From: Candidatus Micrarchaeota archaeon
Lineage (GTDB): Archaea > Micrarchaeota > Micrarchaeia > Norongarragalinales > Norongarragalinaceae
Direction: 5' to 3'
NCBI GenBank assembly: GCA_037444485.1
Contig: JBBIMI010000026.1
Span: forward strand, 1 to 10,267
DNA: 10,267 nt
Of this stretch, positions 6,004 through 10,267 are shown in pieces (position 1 is the first letter of the stretch; each line of letters begins with the position of its first letter). Under the pieces are notes generated by a model that saw only the letters and a program-made list of their open reading frames with translations, made no database searches and had not been told where the DNA came from. A program made the translations under genes and the position numbers.

Positions 6004-6234
6004 ATGAAGGCGATAAATGATAACCTGCTAAAATATGGTAAAATGCCGAAAGCATTTACGTTGAAACAAGTAAGGGCCGTATACAGTCTTAAAAAAGATT
6101 CTAGTCAAGGAATCGACAAACTCTAGTATTTAGGGCTAGTGAAGCAAATAAGCGGATCTGGCAACTCTTCTCATCCGAGAGTTTTTGAACTTACCGACCT
6201 CGCGAAAAACATAATTAAATTAAGCAAGAACTAA
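6004..6234 (+). pseudogene. Winged-helix protein gene interrupted by one in-frame TAG
   Basis: MKAINDNLLKYGKMPKAFTLKQVRAVYSLKKDSSQGIDKL*YLGLVKQISGSGNSSHPRVFELTDLAKNIIKLSKN*. TAG at 6124-6126, TAA at 6232-6234. L..LGLV...F.LT..A is the wHTH recognition-helix/wing pattern. Ends 7 nt before the next gene. Confidence 0.6.
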
Positions 6235-6241
6235 TGTTTGT

Positions 6242-7414
6242 ATGCTTTCCGTCTGCTTTATTTCAAACAATTCCAAACATTTAAGACACTCTTTAAGCGC
6301 ATTCATGCCGCAATTACTCGAGTCCGGCACAAGCTTGACTGTCGTGGACACGCCGCAAACGCATTCCGAAAACAAGGCGTTCCTCGAAAAATTGGAAACC
6401 GAAAAAGTTTTTCACGCTAGCGACGCCGAGTTTATTAAAACAATTTCTGTAAGAATGCCTTTCGCGCAACAAGTTTTTTCAGGCAAGTACGGAGGGGCGC
6501 GCAACGCCGGCTTGTTTTTCTCAGCGGTCGAAAACGAAAACGCGGTTTTTTTCGATGATGACACCAAACCAGCGAACGATTGCATCGCGCGCTTCAAAAA
6601 ACTTTTTGCGGAAGGAAAGCTGATAGTATGCGGAAAGTACTTGAAGCACGCTGGCGGAGCTGTTTCGATCTTGCTCGAGTTGACGCGAGCGCTGGAAGAC
6701 TTTGTGGAAAAGCGTTTGAGCGCGGCCAAGGCGCGCGAGCGCTTGCGCAGCGCTTTGTGCGGCGTTCCGCAGGACACGAAGCGTATTATCGTAAGCGCTG
6801 GTTTTAACGGCGGGTGCGCTGGAATCGCGGCGAGCGTCGCGCGGAAGTACTGCTTTTTTCCGACGAGTTACAGAATTGAAGACGGAGTTTTTTCGACGTT
6901 CGCGCCTTTCTTTCTTGAAGAGCGAAACCCGGTTTACAACCCAGAGTACGAGGAAGAGGCGTTCGCCAAGCTTCCCGCGGTTTTTCATGAGAAGACGCCC
7001 GGCACTTTGGACTCGCTGCGCAAGTCTCTAGTCAACGAAATCGAGGGCAACGCGATCGCGATAATAATGCTCGGTTTGCTGCAGGAAGGCAAGCGCGCCA
7101 GCGACTTGAAGCAAAACGAACTAAAAGAATTAGTCGAGCAAGCAGCTGGAGAGTGTTTTGAAGACTCGCTTTTGCCTTACTTTCTCGAAAAATCAAGGCA
7201 GTACTCTTTCGAACGCGCGGTCAACGCGTTGGGAGACGCTGAACTCGAGAAAGAGTTTTTTAACTTGTCGAACATCAAGAAACAAGACTGCATTCCATCA
7301 ACCGAAAAAGTTCTCGGCGAGTCTAAAGCGTTTTTCTACGCTCAAGAAAACTGGGCGCGCGCGGTCGAGGAAGGAAAACGCTTGGGTTTGGCGGAACAAT
7401 TCAAGTTAAAGTGA
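6242..7414 (+). CDS. GT-A fold (GT2-like) glycosyltransferase, divergent
   Basis: LSVCFIS, LTVVD, YGGARNAGL, VFFDDD (DxD), GFNGGCAGI and YRIED occur in GT-A order. 390 aa with no obvious TM segment. Confidence 0.75.
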   Translation: MLSVCFISNNSKHLRHSLSAFMPQLLESGTSLTVVDTPQTHSENKAFLEKLETEKVFHASDAEFIKTISVRMPFAQQVFSGKYGGARNAGLFFSAVENENAVFFDDDTKPANDCIARFKKLFAEGKLIVCGKYLKHAGGAVSILLELTRALEDFVEKRLSAAKARERLRSALCGVPQDTKRIIVSAGFNGGCAGIAASVARKYCFFPTSYRIEDGVFSTFAPFFLEERNPVYNPEYEEEAFAKLPAVFHEKTPGTLDSLRKSLVNEIEGNAIAIIMLGLLQEGKRASDLKQNELKELVEQAAGECFEDSLLPYFLEKSRQYSFERAVNALGDAELEKEFFNLSNIKKQDCIPSTEKVLGESKAFFYAQENWARAVEEGKRLGLAEQFKLK

Positions 7415-7421
7415 TGTCTTA

Positions 7422-9287
7422 ATGCTTCTAGCATTGTTTTTCATCGCTTGCCTGCTTTTTTTCGGCATCGTCCTCGCGCGAAAGTTTTTTGAAGACAACT
7501 TGCTCGTCTACGCGATTCCTCTCGGCGTGCTTTTCGCAACGTGGCTCGTCTTCCTCACCTCGCTCGCAATCGGATTCACTGAAGCGAGCGTCGCGGCAGC
7601 GACGGTAATCCTGCTCGCCGCAAGCTTTTTTTTGCAAAAACGCTGGCGTTTGCGCTTAAGCAAAACCAGCTTGCTGTCGCGTGAGTTGATTCCGCTTTTC
7701 TTAATCTCAATCGCGTTTTTCACCGCCGTGAACTACTTGATGTTTCACTACGACGCGGAAGGAAACCTCGCAGGCATCCGCATCGACTTTGGCTTTCACC
7801 ACGCAATAATTTCTTCGCTCGCGAACGGCAACTTTCCGCCCGAAAACCCGTTCTACGCCGGCCACCCGCTGATTTACTATTACTTCACGCACTTGTTCTC
7901 AGCCGCGCTAATGAACGGCGGCTTCAACCTGCAAGCCGCATCCTACGCGCCCTCAATTCTCTTAAACGCCGCCATCGCCTGCCTGATTTTCCTAGTCGCA
8001 AAAACGCTTTTCGGCGAGAAGAACAAGGCGAAAAAACAAGCGAAGAAAACAAGCGCGAGCGAAAGCGCGTTGGCGCGCGTTTGGCTTCATGCGAAACGGA
8101 ATTCGTTGGCGTACCTTGCAATCGCGTTATTCTTGTTTAACGGTAGCTTCGCATTCATTCCTTACTTCCAGCAAAATCAAATTGCGCTGACAGACTTGCC
8201 AACAATACTCCAAAAACCCGAGTTCTATTATGGTACATATTATTTGGTTGGTTTTACTTTTCAAACCCTCCTTTCAAGTATCTTCTTATTGCAACCAGCA
8301 TTTTTATTGAGCTTTCCACTATTCTTTTTAAGCCTTTTGACTATTGTAAAAAATTTATCTAAATTATTTATTGGTTTGCTTGTTGGTCTTTTGCCGATGT
8401 TTTCGTTTTTTGGTTTTGTTTTAGCTTTCCTTTTTTTAGTCACTTATTTTATTTTGTTCGACCGCAAAAAACACTGGGTTTTGCCTATTCTAGTCGTACT
8501 CGCATTGGCTTTACCGCAATTGTTTTTCTTTTTGCAGCAGCGAAGCGAATTGATTAATTTTGTTTACGTTCGTTTGGGCTGGATGTCTCCCACTCAGGAT
8601 TTTGTTTTTATAGTGTTGTTTTGGCTTGGCAATCTTGGTTTGTATTTGGTGCTCGCCGCACTCGGTTTTTACTGGATTAAGTCGAAAACAGCACGCGCTT
8701 TCTTCGTTTCTTCGATTCCGCCATTCGTTTTAGGAAATTTGTTTATAGTCGCGCCTTACGATTGGGATAACTTCAAGTTGTTCGTATTCTTCTTTTTCTT
8801 CCTGGCGTTGTTTTCAGCCTTCGCTTTAAAGAAATTGTTTGAAAAAAATATTTTGTTGAAAATAGTTGTAGTAATTCTATTCGTTTTAATGACTTTCACC
8901 GGTTTCTTGACTCTGCAGACTATAATCAGTCATTCTACCGATGTGATTTACTCGGCTGAAGACGTTGCGGCATGCGGTTACATCGAGAAAAACACACCTA
9001 AAAACGCTGTTTTTCTTACGGACGGGCAACATACTTGCTTGTTTGCAACTGCCGGCAGGAAGGTTTTTGTGGGCTATACCGAATGGCTTAAAAATCATGG
9101 TTACGATTATTCAAAACAATTACAAGAAAACAACAAAATGCTTGCAGGAGACTGCAGCCTGATAAAAAACAAAAACATAAGTTACTTTTACAACGGCGGT
9201 TACTTGGGAAGGAACGCCATAATCAATGAAACATTCTTTGAAACTATGCAATCGCCGATTCCCAAACTATACTTACTAGAGTGTTGA
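7422..9287 (+). CDS. Multi-pass membrane protein, probable GT-C superfamily glycosyltransferase (DUF2298/YYY-like motif)
   Basis: Many TM helices. External loop DFGFHHAIISSL...FPPENPFYAGHPLIYYYF. Soluble C-terminal domain YIEKNTPKNAVFLT...AGRKVFVGY.EWL..HG. Confidence 0.75.
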   Translation: MLLALFFIACLLFFGIVLARKFFEDNLLVYAIPLGVLFATWLVFLTSLAIGFTEASVAAATVILLAASFFLQKRWRLRLSKTSLLSRELIPLFLISIAFFTAVNYLMFHYDAEGNLAGIRIDFGFHHAIISSLANGNFPPENPFYAGHPLIYYYFTHLFSAALMNGGFNLQAASYAPSILLNAAIACLIFLVAKTLFGEKNKAKKQAKKTSASESALARVWLHAKRNSLAYLAIALFLFNGSFAFIPYFQQNQIALTDLPTILQKPEFYYGTYYLVGFTFQTLLSSIFLLQPAFLLSFPLFFLSLLTIVKNLSKLFIGLLVGLLPMFSFFGFVLAFLFLVTYFILFDRKKHWVLPILVVLALALPQLFFFLQQRSELINFVYVRLGWMSPTQDFVFIVLFWLGNLGLYLVLAALGFYWIKSKTARAFFVSSIPPFVLGNLFIVAPYDWDNFKLFVFFFFFLALFSAFALKKLFEKNILLKIVVVILFVLMTFTGFLTLQTIISHSTDVIYSAEDVAACGYIEKNTPKNAVFLTDGQHTCLFATAGRKVFVGYTEWLKNHGYDYSKQLQENNKMLAGDCSLIKNKNISYFYNGGYLGRNAIINETFFETMQSPIPKLYLLEC

Positions 9288-9296
9288 GCTAACCTG

Positions 9297-10267
9297 ATGA
9301 AATATACCTATCTAAGCATACTTCTATTTCTCGTATTATCTTCAGTTGCAAATGCAGAATTTATTAAAATTGGCGATGCTGGAACTGGCGTCGGAGATTA
9401 TGCATGTAATGGCGGAAGTGGCCCATACTATGTGCGATATACCCTGTACAAAGATAACGCTTGTTATTCTTCCATAAATAATTGTGATCCAAATTACAAG
9501 TATGGCGGAAGTTCTGTTGCAACTACTGTAACTGTACCAGCAGGAACTTTTAGTAGTGGTGAGCTTTGCGCTGGTTTATCCCGCTATTATACTGGAAATT
9601 CGCTGATAGATTTTAGAATTAATGGCAATAGTGTTTGCCAGTTTTATGGTGGAATAAATCTATCTTGGGACGCTGTTTATTGCTGTTCTCTGCAAGCAAA
9701 TTCGTTACAAATGGGACAGCCAAATGTAATTTCTTTTGTTACACCAGATATCGATTCTGGTTTCAATTCGGCGCATGTTCTCGCCTTAACAACTGGTTTG
9801 TCTGTCTCTGATTGGTGCGGTACAGTAAATCCGCCAAAAATTGCTGCAGAACTTAGATTATATTATTCTTTACCGTCTCCTTCGCCGAGTCCGTTGCCGT
9901 CTTCTTCTCCTTCTTCGTCACCTTCTCCTTCGCCTAGCCCGTCTCCAAGTTCTTCTCCCTCTCCTACTCCGTCTCCAAGTTCTTCTCCCTCTCCTACTCC
10001 GTCTCCAAGTTCTTCTCCCTCTCCTACTCCGTTTCCGTCGCCTTCAACTTCTCCAAGTCCTTCGCCTAGTCCCACTCAGTCTCCAACTCCATCCTTACCG
10101 CCCGTGTCTTTCACTCCAACGCCTTCAGTCTCGCTTAGTCCTTCGCCGACTTTGTTTCCTTCGCCTAGCGTTTCGCCTTCAGCATCGCCGTCGGCTTCGC
10201 CGTCTGTGGTTGCGTCGCCGTCGCCTTCTGTTTCGCCGTCGGTTGCGCCGTCGCTTGAAGTGATTGA
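9297..10267 (+). CDS. Secreted/surface protein: signal peptide, Cys-rich domain, Ser/Pro/Thr-rich stalk; 3' end outside window
   Basis: Absent from the track because it has no stop in the window. ATG 9297 begins [27 protein letters not shown] (AxA cleavage site). About 170 aa with 8 Cys, then PSPSP... from 9873; frame open to 10267. Confidence 0.85.
   Translation, partial: MKYTYLSILLFLVLSSVANAEFIKIGDAGTGVGDYACNGGSGPYYVRYTLYKDNACYSSINNCDPNYKYGGSSVATTVTVPAGTFSSGELCAGLSRYYTGNSLIDFRINGNSVCQFYGGINLSWDAVYCCSLQANSLQMGQPNVISFVTPDIDSGFNSAHVLALTTGLSVSDWCGTVNPPKIAAELRLYYSLPSPSPSPLPSSSPSSSPSPSPSPSPSSSPSPTPSPSSSPSPTPSPSSSPSPTPFPSPSTSPSPSPSPTQSPTPSLPPVSFTPTPSVSLSPSPTLFPSPSVSPSASPSASPSVVASPSPSVSPSVAPSLEVI
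9939..10032 (+). repeat. 30-bp coding tandem repeat CCGTCTCCAAGTTCTTCTCCCTCTCCTACT x3 ([10 protein letters not shown])
   Basis: Identical units at 9939-9968, 9969-9998 and 9999-10028, plus CCGT. Confidence 0.95.

Noticed and set aside
112..6126. Genome-wide TAG reassignment (TAGs at 112, 5817-5819 on the minus strand, and 6124)
   Set aside because: Two of the three TAGs arise from frameshifts, none of the long intact genes contains an in-frame TAG, and tnpA itself ends in TAG.
2244..9162. Other short track ORFs nested in or antisense to the helicase, histone, rbcL and GT genes
   Set aside because: They overlap well-supported genes and have no independent motifs.
9841..10263. Track ORFs 9841-10263 (+, Leu/Arg-rich) and 9863-10075 (-, Gly/Glu-rich)
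   Set aside because: They are alternative-frame shadows of the Ser/Pro stalk of the gene starting at 9297.

Overview
Archaeal DNA, probably from a DPANN (Micrarchaeota-like) genome; the taxonomy is inferred from the histone, the form III RuBisCO, the GGTG-type RBSs and the PIP-box-like tails. The first 1.75 kb holds three co-oriented IS200/IS605-family elements: a frameshifted tnpA with its right end, and two short non-autonomous copies (602-800, 1507-1751) whose hairpin ends, AAAT guide and TTAA cleavage sites can be read from the sequence. They alternate with two membrane-protein genes and abut a truncated LAGLIDADG + winged-helix remnant. Next come a nuclease-less Hef/FANCM-type helicase (-), an HMf-type histone and a form III RuBisCO. 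Two divergent, broken winged-helix genes follow that the ORF track misses. The window ends in a tight operon of a GT-A glycosyltransferase, a GT-C-like membrane protein and a secreted Cys-rich protein with a Ser/Pro stalk that runs off the window. All family assignments are by-eye motif recognition; no searches were run.
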